This document shows positions 36,604 through 46,079 of a stretch of DNA of 64,000 bases, piece by piece. Positions within the stretch are counted from its first letter, which is position 1; every line of letters begins with the position of its first letter. The position numbers and the translations under genes are program-made. The stretch lies in assembly GCA_016211945.1 (NCBI GenBank), contig JACRHV010000011.1:787-64786 (forward strand), written 5' to 3'. This stretch comes from Minisyncoccota bacterium (GTDB taxonomy: Bacteria; Patescibacteriota; Microgenomatia; UBA1400; UBA12028). The notes under the pieces were generated by a model. It did no database searches. It saw only the letters and a program-made list of their open reading frames with translations, and was not told the origin of the DNA.

Positions 36604-36678
36604 TGTGGCCGCTAAGGGACTCGGACCCCTGACCTGCCGGATGTAAACCGGACGCTCTACCAACTGAGCTAAGCGGCC
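36604..36678 (-). tRNA. tRNA-Val (anticodon TAC)
   Basis: Reverse complement ggccgcttagctcagttggtagagcgtccggtttacatccggc...ggggtccgagtcccttagcggcca; anticodon loop ttTACat. Confidence 0.8.
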
Positions 36679-36733
36679 ATGGGGGTATTGTACTATAGGA
36701 GCACAAAAATGTTCTTCCTCGGGTCAGTAAGAT

Positions 36734-37156
36734 TTAGCAGTTGGGTGTGAATTTTTCAATAGATTTATCATTATGTTCCATCTGCACAATCCTACCAGTA
36801 ATATTCGCGATTCTTTGTGCGCTTTCTTGTCGTACCCGCATTCTCACTTCATCGAACTGGGAAGATTCATACAAGCCATCTGCGAGAAGAGCGAGTATTT
36901 GTGTGCTAGAAGTAAAATACCAACGAAGAAGAAGTTCATTGTTTTCTGTGACGACTAAAATACCACCATCGTGTATTCCAAGTTTGTTGCCATCGTATTT
37001 TAGATCAAAAAGACCATCGGTGTTCGCCAATGCTTCATGAGTCGTGTTTCCCGAAGCAATTCCCACATTATCTTCGTATCGAATAAAAGTGATGTCTGTT
37101 TCCTTTGGAAAAGACGAGACTACTTCACTCGTAAGCATTGGCATAATGTTTTTCAA
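36734..37156 (-). CDS. Hypothetical protein
   Basis: 140-aa ORF. Confidence 0.35.
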   Translation of the reverse strand: MKNIMPMLTSEVVSSFPKETDITFIRYEDNVGIASGNTTHEALANTDGLFDLKYDGNKLGIHDGGILVVTENNELLLRWYFTSSTQILALLADGLYESSQFDEVRMRVRQESAQRIANITGRIVQMEHNDKSIEKFTPNC

Positions 37157-37163
37157 CCTTTTG

Positions 37164-37245
37164 TGCCCGGGAGAGGACTTGAACCTCCACGAATTGCTTC
37201 ACACGCCCCTCGAACGTGCGCGTCTGCCAGTTCCGCCACCCGGGC
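37164..37245 (-). tRNA. Class-II tRNA, most likely tRNA-Leu (anticodon GAG); the anticodon-loop parse is ambiguous
   Basis: Reverse complement gcccgggtggcggaactggcagacgcgcacgttcgaggggcgtg + long variable arm + ggaggttcaagtcctctcccgggca; discriminator A; close paralog of the Leu(CAG) tRNA 400 nt away. Confidence 0.6.
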
Positions 37246-37573
37246 AAGAATAGGAGGATTATATCGAAGCATGTGGAAAAATGCTATGAGGAGCTCCGCA
37301 CAAATCTTTCCTGACCAAAAAGAGTAAAATATCCAAATGTCTGAACAATTTACCGGATATTATCGAGATTATGAAGATGAAAGATGTCTTTCTTGTGCTC
37401 TCATTCTTGATCGAGAAAACTTGCGCCTCTGTAGAAAAATGGTACTTATGACAACACTGCAAATTGCTGCAGCAACAGCCGGAAATACAGATGCTATGGT
37501 AGAGTACGAAAGATTGCAAAACAAAATAGCATTGCAACTTCTCTGCGATCCTGGATTTGATCGAATATAAGTG

Positions 37574-37656
37574 TGCCGAAGAGAGGACTTGAACCTCCAA
37601 GGGATTGCTCCCACATGCTCCTGAAGCATGCGCGTCTGCCAATTTCGCCACTTCGG
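37574..37656 (-). tRNA. tRNA-Leu (anticodon CAG), class II
   Basis: Reverse complement gccgaagtggcgaaattggcagacgcgcatgcttcaggagcatg + long variable arm + ggaggttcaagtcctctcttcggca. Confidence 0.8.
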
Positions 37657-37684
37657 CTCTTTTTGATCGAGCGAAGCAATTGTA

Positions 37685-38392
37685 TCACGCCTTGCGGAAC
37701 TTCTGTTTGAACGTATGAATCACAATCTCTGCCGCTTCGTGCGGTTTATAAAACGTCGTGTTAATCGTAAGATCGTAATATTCCGGTTTTCGCAAATCTT
37801 TGTCAAAATACTGCTTTACAAACTCGCGGCGGTCAAATTCATGTTTTGTCACCACTTCTTTTGCTTTAGCATACGTAAGTCCCTCAAAATCAATCGCACG
37901 TTGGATACATACTTGTGACGGTGCAGTAACGCGCACATGAAGTCCTTGCGCAAAAGGCGTAATAAAGTTTGCTCCACGTCCCAAAATGACTACGTTGCCG
38001 CGATATGCCAAAGATAAAATGACTTTACACAACGCCGTGAAATATGTTACATCAGAGACATAATTTGGATTGATGAGACCTTGGATCAAGTCTTGTAACG
38101 CAGTTCGCCCTTTTTCATCTACTTGATCTAAAACACTTTTCCGCAACTTGGTTGATTTTGCAATTTCTTCGATCAACTCATGATCGTAAAACGTAAAACC
38201 TAATCGCTTCGCTACCTCCTGACCTACAAGTTTGCCTCCACTTCCCGGATCTCGAGCAATCGTAATAAACGGTTTTGAAAAACGTTCGGCAGAAACAAGA
38301 GGCTCGGGAACACTGCGTTGGTTTTCACTCTTGTCCCGAATCTGAAGGGCAGTCATCATCCTGTTCATCAAGGCGCCATATGACAAATCCAT
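37685..38392 (-). CDS. Cytidylate-kinase-like family P-loop protein
   Basis: ITIARDPGSGGKLVGQEVAKRLGFTFYD is the typical Walker-A start of the Cytidylate_kin2 family. Confidence 0.55.
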   Translation of the reverse strand: MDLSYGALMNRMMTALQIRDKSENQRSVPEPLVSAERFSKPFITIARDPGSGGKLVGQEVAKRLGFTFYDHELIEEIAKSTKLRKSVLDQVDEKGRTALQDLIQGLINPNYVSDVTYFTALCKVILSLAYRGNVVILGRGANFITPFAQGLHVRVTAPSQVCIQRAIDFEGLTYAKAKEVVTKHEFDRREFVKQYFDKDLRKPEYYDLTINTTFYKPHEAAEIVIHTFKQKFRKA

Positions 38393-38432
38393 GCCAAAAG
38401 TATATCGTTCTTCTGCTAAAATACAAGCGAAC

Positions 38433-38504
38433 GCCCCAGTAGGCTAACGGATAGACCGTCGGTCTTCGGAACCGAACGTAGAAGTTCAATTCTTCTCTGG
38501 GGCA
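38433..38504 (+). tRNA. tRNA-Arg (anticodon TCG)
   Basis: gccccagtaggctaacggatagaccgtcggtcttcggaaccgaacgtagaagttcaattcttctctggggca; anticodon loop ctTCGga; the D-stem is weak. Confidence 0.65.
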
Positions 38505-38505
38505 C

Positions 38506-39390
38506 ATGAATTTTTGCTATATTCGAACATCTGATGATCTTCGCCTTCCGGGCGTGCTTTACGATTGCGGAAGAAAAGATACGCTCGTTGTCTGTATTCA
38601 TGGCATGTCCGGTAATATCCTTGAAAATTACTTTGCAGATGTTTTGGGAAACACACTTACAAAAAACGACATAAGTTTCCTGTATACACATAACCGCGGA
38701 TACAATCATGTCAATGACATCGCAACATCAAAAAAGAAAAAATCCGGGGGATATCAAACAGTGCGTATTGGCGCTACATATGAGCGTTTTACCGATTGTA
38801 TTCTCGACATTGATGCGTGGCTTCAGTTTGTTTATCCATTGGGGTATAAGCGGATCATTTTGATGGGGCATAGTTTGGGCTGTAATAAGATTATCTATTA
38901 CTACAGTCAAAAACTTCCGCGTACCATCGCTGGTATGATTCTTGCTTCTCCAGCAGATATGGTGGGACTCATCACAAAGCGAGAGTATCAATCAAATAGT
39001 TTAGATCTCTATAAAAAGGCGAAAACATACATTGCAGAAAAAACGCCTCGAAAACTTCTTCCATCACTCATTTGGGATTGGTTTACACTCAGCGCGCAAA
39101 CATTTTTAGATCTTTTTTCCGAAAATACTCCCGTTGACAATCTACCGATCTTGCGAAATCCACAGACCTTTGTTCAACTCGCCACTGTTGATGTTCCAAT
39201 CCTTGGGTTCGTAGGAGAGTTTGATGACATTACGATGACAACATTGGAAAAAGATTTAGATTGTATCGAAAAGAAAGCGACACATTGCCCTGCATTTACA
39301 AAGCTCATCATTCCTCAAGCCTGTCATACGTATGACGGTGCTGAAGACGCTGTTGCAGAAACAATAGTGAGCTGGATCCACAACCTCTAA
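38506..39390 (+). CDS. Alpha/beta hydrolase (paralog of the ORF at 60908-61840)
   Basis: VVCIHGMSGN and RIILMGHSLGCNKIIYY (GxSxG); starts 2 nt after tRNA-Arg. Confidence 0.55.
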   Translation: MNFCYIRTSDDLRLPGVLYDCGRKDTLVVCIHGMSGNILENYFADVLGNTLTKNDISFLYTHNRGYNHVNDIATSKKKKSGGYQTVRIGATYERFTDCILDIDAWLQFVYPLGYKRIILMGHSLGCNKIIYYYSQKLPRTIAGMILASPADMVGLITKREYQSNSLDLYKKAKTYIAEKTPRKLLPSLIWDWFTLSAQTFLDLFSENTPVDNLPILRNPQTFVQLATVDVPILGFVGEFDDITMTTLEKDLDCIEKKATHCPAFTKLIIPQACHTYDGAEDAVAETIVSWIHNL

Positions 39391-39467
39391 ACACATTGTT
39401 GACAAACATTTTCGTCCATTGTAGACTTACTTTTACTCCCCCCATAGGGGACTAGAAAGAAATACAT

Positions 39468-39734
39468 ATGTTCATGACAAAAACAAAAAAAGAGGATGCG
39501 CTTCACCGGTTAAAAATTGCCCACGGACATCTCGAAAAAATTATCGAAATGGTAGAAAATGATGCGTACTGTATTGACGTACTTACACAAACAAAAGCAG
39601 TCCAACAGGCACTCAAAAAAACTGATGAAGTACTCCTAGAAAACCATCTTTCTTGTTGCGTGGTCGATCACATTAAAGGTGGAAGAGCAAAACAAGCAAC
39701 CGATGAAATTATGAAGGTATTTTCGCAACGATAA
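39468..39734 (+). CDS. csoR: CsoR/RcnR-family metal-sensing transcriptional repressor
   Basis: RLKIAHGHLEKIIEMVENDAYCIDVLTQTKAVQQALKK...HLSCCV matches the Trns_repr_metal fold with conserved Cys/His; lies directly upstream of copA. Confidence 0.7.
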   Translation: MFMTKTKKEDALHRLKIAHGHLEKIIEMVENDAYCIDVLTQTKAVQQALKKTDEVLLENHLSCCVVDHIKGGRAKQATDEIMKVFSQR

Positions 39735-39752
39735 AAAAATATTTGGAGGCAT

Positions 39753-42005
39753 ATGGCAAATAACACAACCGTAACAATCCCCGTAAAAGGCATGCACTGC
39801 GCAAGTTGTGTTTCGGTCATTTCAAGAACACTTAAAAATATTCCGGGCGTGCAAGACTGCGCTGTGAATCTTGCAACGGAAAAAGCAAAAATCACATTTG
39901 ATTCCGATCAAACATCCATTCAAACGATGAATCACGAGCTTCATGACTATGGGTATACGTTGGAAAATACATCGCAATCTAATCAAGTGTCACACATGAA
40001 TCATGAAGGTAGCCATGCGCATGCTCCACAGTTGCTTATTGTTTCACTCATTGTTTTTACAGTGATGATGTGGGATATCTTGGCTCAAACTTTCTCATAT
40101 ATTCCGAAGAACCCGGTACCATTAGAAACGCAAAATCTCATGCTTTTCCTCATTTCTACCGTCATTATGGCAACAACGGGGACACAATTTATTCAAGCAA
40201 CGTGGCGTTTCATAAAGACCAGAAAAGCAAACATGGACACTCTTATAGGTATTGGAACGGGAACTGCGTATTTATACTCCGCACTCATTACCCTCATTCC
40301 AACCCTTGCAAACACATTACAACTTCCGGAAACCATGTACTTTGATGTCGTCATCGTTGTCATTGGATTTATTGTCTATGGAAAACATTTGGAGGCAATC
40401 TCGAAACAAAAAACTGGCGAGGCATTGCAAAAACTTCTCCAACTCCAAGCAAAAACTGCTATTGTGCTGCGCGGAAAAGTAGAAATCGAAGTTTCAATCG
40501 ATGACGTCCGCGTTGGTGACATGATGATTGTAAAACCAGGAACAAAAATCCCCCTTGACGGTATTGTAGTAAGCGGCGCCTCCGCGGTCGATGAGTCTTT
40601 GGTCACCGGCGAGTCGCTTCCCGTTGACAAGAAAGTGAGAGACATAGTGATTGGTGGAACCATGAATCAACAAGGTATGCTTATGGTTCGTGCAGAGAAA
40701 ATCGGCAAAGATACCATGCTTGCGCAGATTGCACACATGGTTGAGGATGCGCAAACAACAAAAGCTCCTATTGAACGACTCGCTGACCAAATATCGAGTG
40801 TGTTTGTCCCCATCGTCCTTGTCATTGCGTTTGTCACTCTGGCACTTTGGCTCTTTCTTGCCCCGCAGTTCATTCCATTTCAACAGGCCGTGGCATTCGC
40901 CATTACTTGCTTTGTTGGGATTTTAGTCATTGCGTGTCCGTGTGCGCTTGGATTGGCGACACCAACGGCAATGATTGTTGCTGTCGGTCGCGGGGCACAA
41001 CACGGCATTCTCATCAAAGACGCCGAAAGCTTGGAGAAACTACATACTACACAAGTTGTTGTGATGGACAAAACGGGGACCCTAACAAATGGAAAGCCCG
41101 TAGTCACCGACATTGTTCCGGCGAAAAAATTTACACCAACCTATGTTTTACAACTTGCCGCATCGCTGGAACATCATTCTGAACATCCGCTGGCTCGTGC
41201 AATTATGGATCGCGCTACACTAGAAAACACCGCTCCTCTTGCAACCAAACAGTTTTATGCAGCACAGGGGAAAGGGATTACGGGGGTCGTCAAAAACACA
41301 ACATATTTTGCGGGTAATGCTCGGTATCTTGAAGAACATGCGATTCGTATTCCTCAAGAAGTTATGGATTCACCGCTCAGAATTCAAGGAAAAACACCAA
41401 TTTACCTTGCGTCTAAAACGTCATATATGGGTGCGTTGTACATTGCAGACACCGTAAAATCAAACGCAAAACAAGCTGTGGCACGTCTGCACAAACTCGG
41501 AATTAAAGTCGTCATGCTTACCGGAGACATTCCGGAAACCGCACGTGCAATCGCACAAGATGTAGGGATTGATGAAGTTGTTGCACACGTTCTTCCGCAT
41601 GAAAAAGCATTGCATGTTTCACGATTCAAAGAAAAAGGGAAGCATGTGGCCATGGTGGGTGATGGTGTCAATGACGCGCCCGCACTCGCTACCGCGGACA
41701 TTGGTGTTGCCATGAGTACAGGAACAGACATCGCGATCTCCACCGCACAGATTACACTACTTCACGGAGATATTGAAAAACTCGTAGAGGCAATCGCGTT
41801 ATCCAAAAGCACAATGAGCATCATTAAACAAAATCTTTTCTGGGCGTTTTTTTATAACGTCGTCGGCATTCCAATAGCTGCTGGGGCACTATATCCATTC
41901 TTTGGCATTTTGCTCAATCCTATCTTTGCAGGATTAGCTATGGCAATGAGTAGTGTGAGTGTTGTTGCAAACTCTTTACGATTGCGGAATCTCCGCATAC
42001 ACTAA
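39753..42005 (+). CDS. copA: Copper-translocating P1B-type ATPase
   Basis: N-terminal HMA domain GMHCASCVS; CPC ([11 protein letters not shown]); DKTGTLT; [10 protein letters not shown]. Confidence 0.9.
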   Translation: MANNTTVTIPVKGMHCASCVSVISRTLKNIPGVQDCAVNLATEKAKITFDSDQTSIQTMNHELHDYGYTLENTSQSNQVSHMNHEGSHAHAPQLLIVSLIVFTVMMWDILAQTFSYIPKNPVPLETQNLMLFLISTVIMATTGTQFIQATWRFIKTRKANMDTLIGIGTGTAYLYSALITLIPTLANTLQLPETMYFDVVIVVIGFIVYGKHLEAISKQKTGEALQKLLQLQAKTAIVLRGKVEIEVSIDDVRVGDMMIVKPGTKIPLDGIVVSGASAVDESLVTGESLPVDKKVRDIVIGGTMNQQGMLMVRAEKIGKDTMLAQIAHMVEDAQTTKAPIERLADQISSVFVPIVLVIAFVTLALWLFLAPQFIPFQQAVAFAITCFVGILVIACPCALGLATPTAMIVAVGRGAQHGILIKDAESLEKLHTTQVVVMDKTGTLTNGKPVVTDIVPAKKFTPTYVLQLAASLEHHSEHPLARAIMDRATLENTAPLATKQFYAAQGKGITGVVKNTTYFAGNARYLEEHAIRIPQEVMDSPLRIQGKTPIYLASKTSYMGALYIADTVKSNAKQAVARLHKLGIKVVMLTGDIPETARAIAQDVGIDEVVAHVLPHEKALHVSRFKEKGKHVAMVGDGVNDAPALATADIGVAMSTGTDIAISTAQITLLHGDIEKLVEAIALSKSTMSIIKQNLFWAFFYNVVGIPIAAGALYPFFGILLNPIFAGLAMAMSSVSVVANSLRLRNLRIH

Positions 42006-42019
42006 TATGAAGGAGTAGT

Positions 42020-43138
42020 ATGAACCTATGGGCAATATTTTTGACGGGCCTTACGACAGGTGGATTGACATGTCTTGCGATGCAAGGGGGGCTCCTCGCA
42101 GGTGTGATTGCAAACCAAAAGGGAGATGAACTTGCAACTCTAGAGTCGGATAAAGAAGCCAAAAAAGAGGCGAAACGACAGGCGTATATTCGTACCATGC
42201 AGGGCCAATCTCAACTGAAGATTGACCAGCTTGACTGGATGCCGGTCACGATGTTCTTGCTTGCAAAGCTCATTTCGCATACTGTCGTCGGATTTTTCTT
42301 GGGAGCGTTAGGCTCTGTCATTACATTAAGTTTAGAGGTCCGATTGTTTTTCCAAGTGTTTACCGCTCTTTTTATGTTTGCAACCGCGATGAACTTATTG
42401 GAAGTGCATCCAATTTTCCGGTACGTCGTGATTCAACCTCCCAAGTTCATTCAACGTTTGATTCGTGACACAACCAAAAGCCGTGCTGTTTTTACCCCTG
42501 CGCTCCTTGGCTTCATGACCATATTTATTCCATGCGGCGTGACACAAGCCATGGAGGTTCTCGCAATAAATACCGGGAGTCCTATTTACGGCGCGCTCAT
42601 TATGTTCTTTTTTGTTCTTGGAACTTCGCCTTTGTTTGCACTGGTAGGTATTGCAACCGCAAAGTTGTCCGAGTTGTGGAACACGAGATTCCTTCGACTC
42701 GCAGCACTTTCGCTTATCGCAATGACGGTGTACGGATTGAATGGTGTATTAACTGTTCTTGATTCACCTCTTTCACTTCAGCGCCTTGGAAAAAGCATCT
42801 CTAGTATTGGTGAACCGCCCGATTGGTACGGTTCTGCGAATGGACCACAAACTACAGTGACAACAATAAACGGAAAACAACAGGTAAAGATTTCTATTTC
42901 AAGTCGCGGATATTCGCCGACTGAGTTCACTGTAAAAGCCGGAGTCCCTGTCGAGTTACAACTCGAAAGTAATGGGGCGTACTCGTGCGCAACCTCGTTT
43001 ACATTCCGAAAGTTCAATGTGTTTACACAGTTAAAGCCAAATGATTCCAAAACCATTGCGATCACACCGACAGAAAAAGGAAACTTCACCTTTTCATGTT
43101 CGATGGGTATGTATACTGGCGTGATGCATGTGATATAG
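42020..43138 (+). CDS. Polytopic membrane protein with a C-terminal cupredoxin-like beta domain (a cop-operon component)
   Basis: About eight TM helices, then a soluble ~110-aa beta-rich tail ending FSCSMGMYTGVMHV (Cys/Met/His cluster); sits between copA and copZ. Confidence 0.4.
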   Translation: MNLWAIFLTGLTTGGLTCLAMQGGLLAGVIANQKGDELATLESDKEAKKEAKRQAYIRTMQGQSQLKIDQLDWMPVTMFLLAKLISHTVVGFFLGALGSVITLSLEVRLFFQVFTALFMFATAMNLLEVHPIFRYVVIQPPKFIQRLIRDTTKSRAVFTPALLGFMTIFIPCGVTQAMEVLAINTGSPIYGALIMFFFVLGTSPLFALVGIATAKLSELWNTRFLRLAALSLIAMTVYGLNGVLTVLDSPLSLQRLGKSISSIGEPPDWYGSANGPQTTVTTINGKQQVKISISSRGYSPTEFTVKAGVPVELQLESNGAYSCATSFTFRKFNVFTQLKPNDSKTIAITPTEKGNFTFSCSMGMYTGVMHVI

Positions 43139-43158
43139 AATCGATGTAGGGGAGAAAT

Positions 43159-43398
43159 ATGTTTGATTTTTTAAAGAAGAAAAAAAGCGAGGGCAATGAG
43201 CTCACGTTAAAAATCAAAGGTATGCATTGTGTAAGTTGCAGCCTCAACATTGACGGTGGACTAGAAGAGTTAGATGGCGTGGTAGGCGCAAACACCAATT
43301 ATGCAAAAGCGGAAACACGCGTATTCTTTGATCCAAATAAAGTAGACGAGAAGAAGATTCGACAGACGATACAAGAGCTAGGATATGAGGTGGTGTGA
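43159..43398 (+). CDS. copZ: Heavy-metal-associated (HMA) copper chaperone
   Basis: LTLKIKGMHCVSCSLNI is the GMxCxxC motif; 79 aa. Confidence 0.75.
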   Translation: MFDFLKKKKSEGNELTLKIKGMHCVSCSLNIDGGLEELDGVVGANTNYAKAETRVFFDPNKVDEKKIRQTIQELGYEVV

Positions 43399-43428
43399 TA
43401 TAATTCCGGAAATAAATAAAGGAGTTGT

Positions 43429-43674
43429 ATGCCAACATTTGTACTAAGAACAGAAGTAGTAGTAGATCTTGCTGGCGAAAGAAAGCTCGGAGATGCTTTA
43501 CGCCCTTTTAGTGCATATTTATTAGATGGGATTGCTTCCTCAGGTGGCAGGGGATCATCGATGGAAGTATTTTATCCACACACCGTTAATCAACAAACTT
43601 TACTCGAAAACTTACGAGCCGCGCTTTCTTCATATCAACCAGTGAAAGAAGAGCCACAGAGCGTAGTAGAATAA
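43429..43674 (+). CDS. Hypothetical small protein
   Basis: 81-aa ORF. Confidence 0.25.
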   Translation: MPTFVLRTEVVVDLAGERKLGDALRPFSAYLLDGIASSGGRGSSMEVFYPHTVNQQTLLENLRAALSSYQPVKEEPQSVVE

Positions 43675-43692
43675 AACAATCGTGTATATTTT

Positions 43693-43769
43693 GGCCCCGT
43701 AGCTCAGTTGGTTAGAGCAGTTGCCTCTTAAGCAACGTGTCGCGCGTTCGAATCGCGCCAGGGTCACCA
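43693..43769 (+). tRNA. tRNA-Lys (anticodon CTT), CCA encoded
   Basis: ggccccgtagctcagttggttagagcagttgcctcttaagcaacgtgtcgcgcgttcgaatcgcgccagggtcacca; anticodon loop ctCTTaa; one C-A mismatch in the acceptor stem. Confidence 0.75.
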
Positions 43770-43801
43770 GAGTATTAATATACATACATCGAGGAAAAAA
43801 T

Positions 43802-44095
43802 ATGAACAGTTTCAATATAAGAATTGAGGGTGAAGATGAATGTTTAAGATTAAATGAGGAGTGGGAAGACGGAATAAAAGCCACTATTTTAAGAAAGCTT
43901 GTAGAATCTCAACCAAAAGGTCTTGTCACCACCACGTATGCTACAGGAATAAATCCCACCATTGATGTTTTTGGAACTGTGTTTCAAAATGACATCGAGT
44001 ATGCTCGGAGTATGTCGGTTGCCATTCTCGAAATTCTTAAAGGATTGGGGTTTAACTCTGCTAAAATCACAGAACCAAGCCCTGCAACAGAATAA
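43802..44095 (+). CDS. Hypothetical small protein
   Basis: The ORF-track start (43721) lies inside tRNA-Lys, so the start was moved to the first Met after the tRNA. Confidence 0.3.
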   Translation: MNSFNIRIEGEDECLRLNEEWEDGIKATILRKLVESQPKGLVTTTYATGINPTIDVFGTVFQNDIEYARSMSVAILEILKGLGFNSAKITEPSPATE

Positions 44096-44098
44096 ATC

Positions 44099-45067
44099 CT
44101 ATCTCTCCAACGCCTTTCTATACGCATCAAAATGCAACGTTGGTTTTCCCTGCGCATCATAAAAACTAAACTGTGAGAATACGCCCGGCGCCCCGTTGAG
44201 CACAAACGGGGTAACGGCACGCACGCGTGGATCGGACCAAATGTGGTCCACAGCATATCTGTAGTACTGGTAGAGCCAACGCGACGTTTGTTTCGAGTCT
44301 GTCCACCCTGTCTCTGTGATATAAACCGGAAATTCTTTTGCAGTATATTTCCTCAAATACTCCAACTCATACTCAAAACCGCGCAAACTATTTTTTCCTT
44401 TTGCCGTTGGTGCGGCACTAAAGGCGGGGTTGGGATACGAATGTGAGGTCCACCCATCAAGCATGACCAACAACTCATCATTGTCCTTCAGCATGCGATC
44501 CAAAAAAGTAAATGCATCCAGTGTATCTTTGCCGTTTGGCGCGGCGAGATCTAACCCCGCAGGCAGTACAACATACCCAGCAAGTTCGGCATGCAACCAG
44601 TCCGCGGTAAATCGCAACACATATCCATATCCCTCGGGATCTATTGTTCCACCCCATTCATTTTTATGATTTGGCTCGTTAAACACCACCACTATGCGCT
44701 CAGTAGGGATCGGCCATTCCATTCGCGATAATACGGCGGTCATCTCAACAATATCTTTTCTCGTGGGAATCTGCCAAGATCCATCCTGAAACCGCGTGGC
44801 TAATCGCACAATTGGCTGAAACTTCAACTCTCGAGCCTGGTAAAAAAAACGTTGCCACTCAGCCTTCCGTTGAATATCATCAAAAGTAAACGGGATTGTC
44901 ACGTAATCCCATGTATTTTTTGTTTTTTCCGTTTTGATGAGCGCGCTAGCCTTGTCCAACTCGCCAGTATTGAGAATATGGACACCCAAAACTTCCGCCG
45001 CATAGACCGGCCGCACAAACACAATAAAAAACAACATAAAACATATAAAAAATTTCATCAGCTCCAT
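44099..45067 (-). CDS. Secreted clan GH-A (GH5-like) glycoside hydrolase
   Basis: Signal peptide MELMKFFICFMLFFIVFVRPVYA; VVFNEPNHKNEW (NEP acid/base motif) and VYITETGW (ETG nucleophile motif). Confidence 0.5.
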   Translation of the reverse strand: MELMKFFICFMLFFIVFVRPVYAAEVLGVHILNTGELDKASALIKTEKTKNTWDYVTIPFTFDDIQRKAEWQRFFYQARELKFQPIVRLATRFQDGSWQIPTRKDIVEMTAVLSRMEWPIPTERIVVVFNEPNHKNEWGGTIDPEGYGYVLRFTADWLHAELAGYVVLPAGLDLAAPNGKDTLDAFTFLDRMLKDNDELLVMLDGWTSHSYPNPAFSAAPTAKGKNSLRGFEYELEYLRKYTAKEFPVYITETGWTDSKQTSRWLYQYYRYAVDHIWSDPRVRAVTPFVLNGAPGVFSQFSFYDAQGKPTLHFDAYRKALER

Positions 45068-45135
45068 TGTACCATTGATCTGGAAAACCGCTTGTATTCT
45101 CCAATATCCTACTGCACACAGTAAAAAAATCCAGT

Positions 45136-45798
45136 ATGATGAATACTATGACCAAAATGTTTTTGTGTTTATCGTGGTTTGTTTTAACAACCTTTACCTT
45201 TGCCACAACAACCTCTTTACTCTATGCAACACAGCAAAAACGCATTGTTTTGGTGCAACCATATGCCGCACCCATTACAGCGTCATCTACACAATATCCT
45301 CGAGGAAAATCAGACCAAGGCATTGCAATGATTGTTGAGTCCGGCGATGCCCGAGTCGCGATTGTTGCGTCGTTTCTTGAGCGGTATAAATCTCCACTTA
45401 AGCCATACGATCATTTTGCTCAGTTCATCGTGAGTACTGCAGATCAACATAGCGTTGATTATCGGCTAATTCCCGCCATCATGATGCAAGAAAGCAACCT
45501 CTGTAAAATGATTCCCGAAGGAAGTAATAACTGCTTGGGATTTGGAATACACAAGGGAGGAACGCTTGGGTTTGATAGTTTTGAAGCATCTATTGAACGT
45601 GCAACTCGGGAACTCAAGGCAAATTATATTGACAGGGGCCTCACAACACCAGAGAAAATCATGACGAAATACACTCCACACAGTAATGGCTCTTGGGCAA
45701 ACTCAGTAAACCAATGGATAGCCGAGATGGAGTATAACGATCGAGATCTGGGAAAGACCGAAAAAAGCGATGCAGATCTGACGCAATATGCTAAATAG
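45136..45798 (+). CDS. Secreted lysozyme-like/SLT-type peptidoglycan hydrolase domain protein
   Basis: N-terminal signal/anchor; IPAIMMQESNLC resembles the lytic transglycosylase catalytic ES motif. Confidence 0.4.
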   Translation: MMNTMTKMFLCLSWFVLTTFTFATTTSLLYATQQKRIVLVQPYAAPITASSTQYPRGKSDQGIAMIVESGDARVAIVASFLERYKSPLKPYDHFAQFIVSTADQHSVDYRLIPAIMMQESNLCKMIPEGSNNCLGFGIHKGGTLGFDSFEASIERATRELKANYIDRGLTTPEKIMTKYTPHSNGSWANSVNQWIAEMEYNDRDLGKTEKSDADLTQYAK

Positions 45799-45889
45799 TC
45801 CTATAGTATTGACAATAACGATTTGATGTGTTACCATTACACACAGATCAGAAGGTTTTCTCCATAAGAGGCTACGTTCTGATTACAAA

Positions 45890-45916
45890 ACCCCCGACCA
45901 AGTGTCGGGTTTTTTG
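45890..45916 (+). terminator. Rho-independent terminator after the SLT-like gene
   Basis: cccccgaccaagtgtcgggtttttt: a GC stem (cccgac/gtcggg) followed by a T-tract. Confidence 0.55.
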
Positions 45917-45955
45917 TATCTTTTTTCCTGATACATGCGGTACAATAGGCCAAGC

Positions 45956-46042
45956 GCAGTGGTGGCGGAACTGGCAGACGCGCAGGGCTTAGAACCCTGT
46001 GTCCTTCAAAAAGACGTGAGAGTTCGATCCTCTCCCACTGCA
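45956..46042 (+). tRNA. tRNA-Leu (anticodon TAG), class II
   Basis: gcagtggtggcggaactggcagacgcgcagggcttagaaccctg + long variable arm + gagagttcgatcctctcccactgca. Confidence 0.8.
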
Positions 46043-46079
46043 CCTTGAGTTTTCCCGGTCATCTTGTATACTGGCGGCT

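Noticed and set aside
37259-37651. 130-aa minus-strand ORF spanning the gap between the two tRNA-Leu genes
   Set aside because: It starts inside tRNA-Leu(CAG) and ends at tRNA-Leu(GAG). It has low complexity and its frame is produced by tRNA sequence. The 77-aa plus-strand ORF in the same gap is possible but unsupported, so neither is listed.
43721-43801. 5' extension of the 124-aa ORF into tRNA-Lys
   Set aside because: The first 27 codons are tRNA-Lys sequence, so the start was moved to the Met at 43802.
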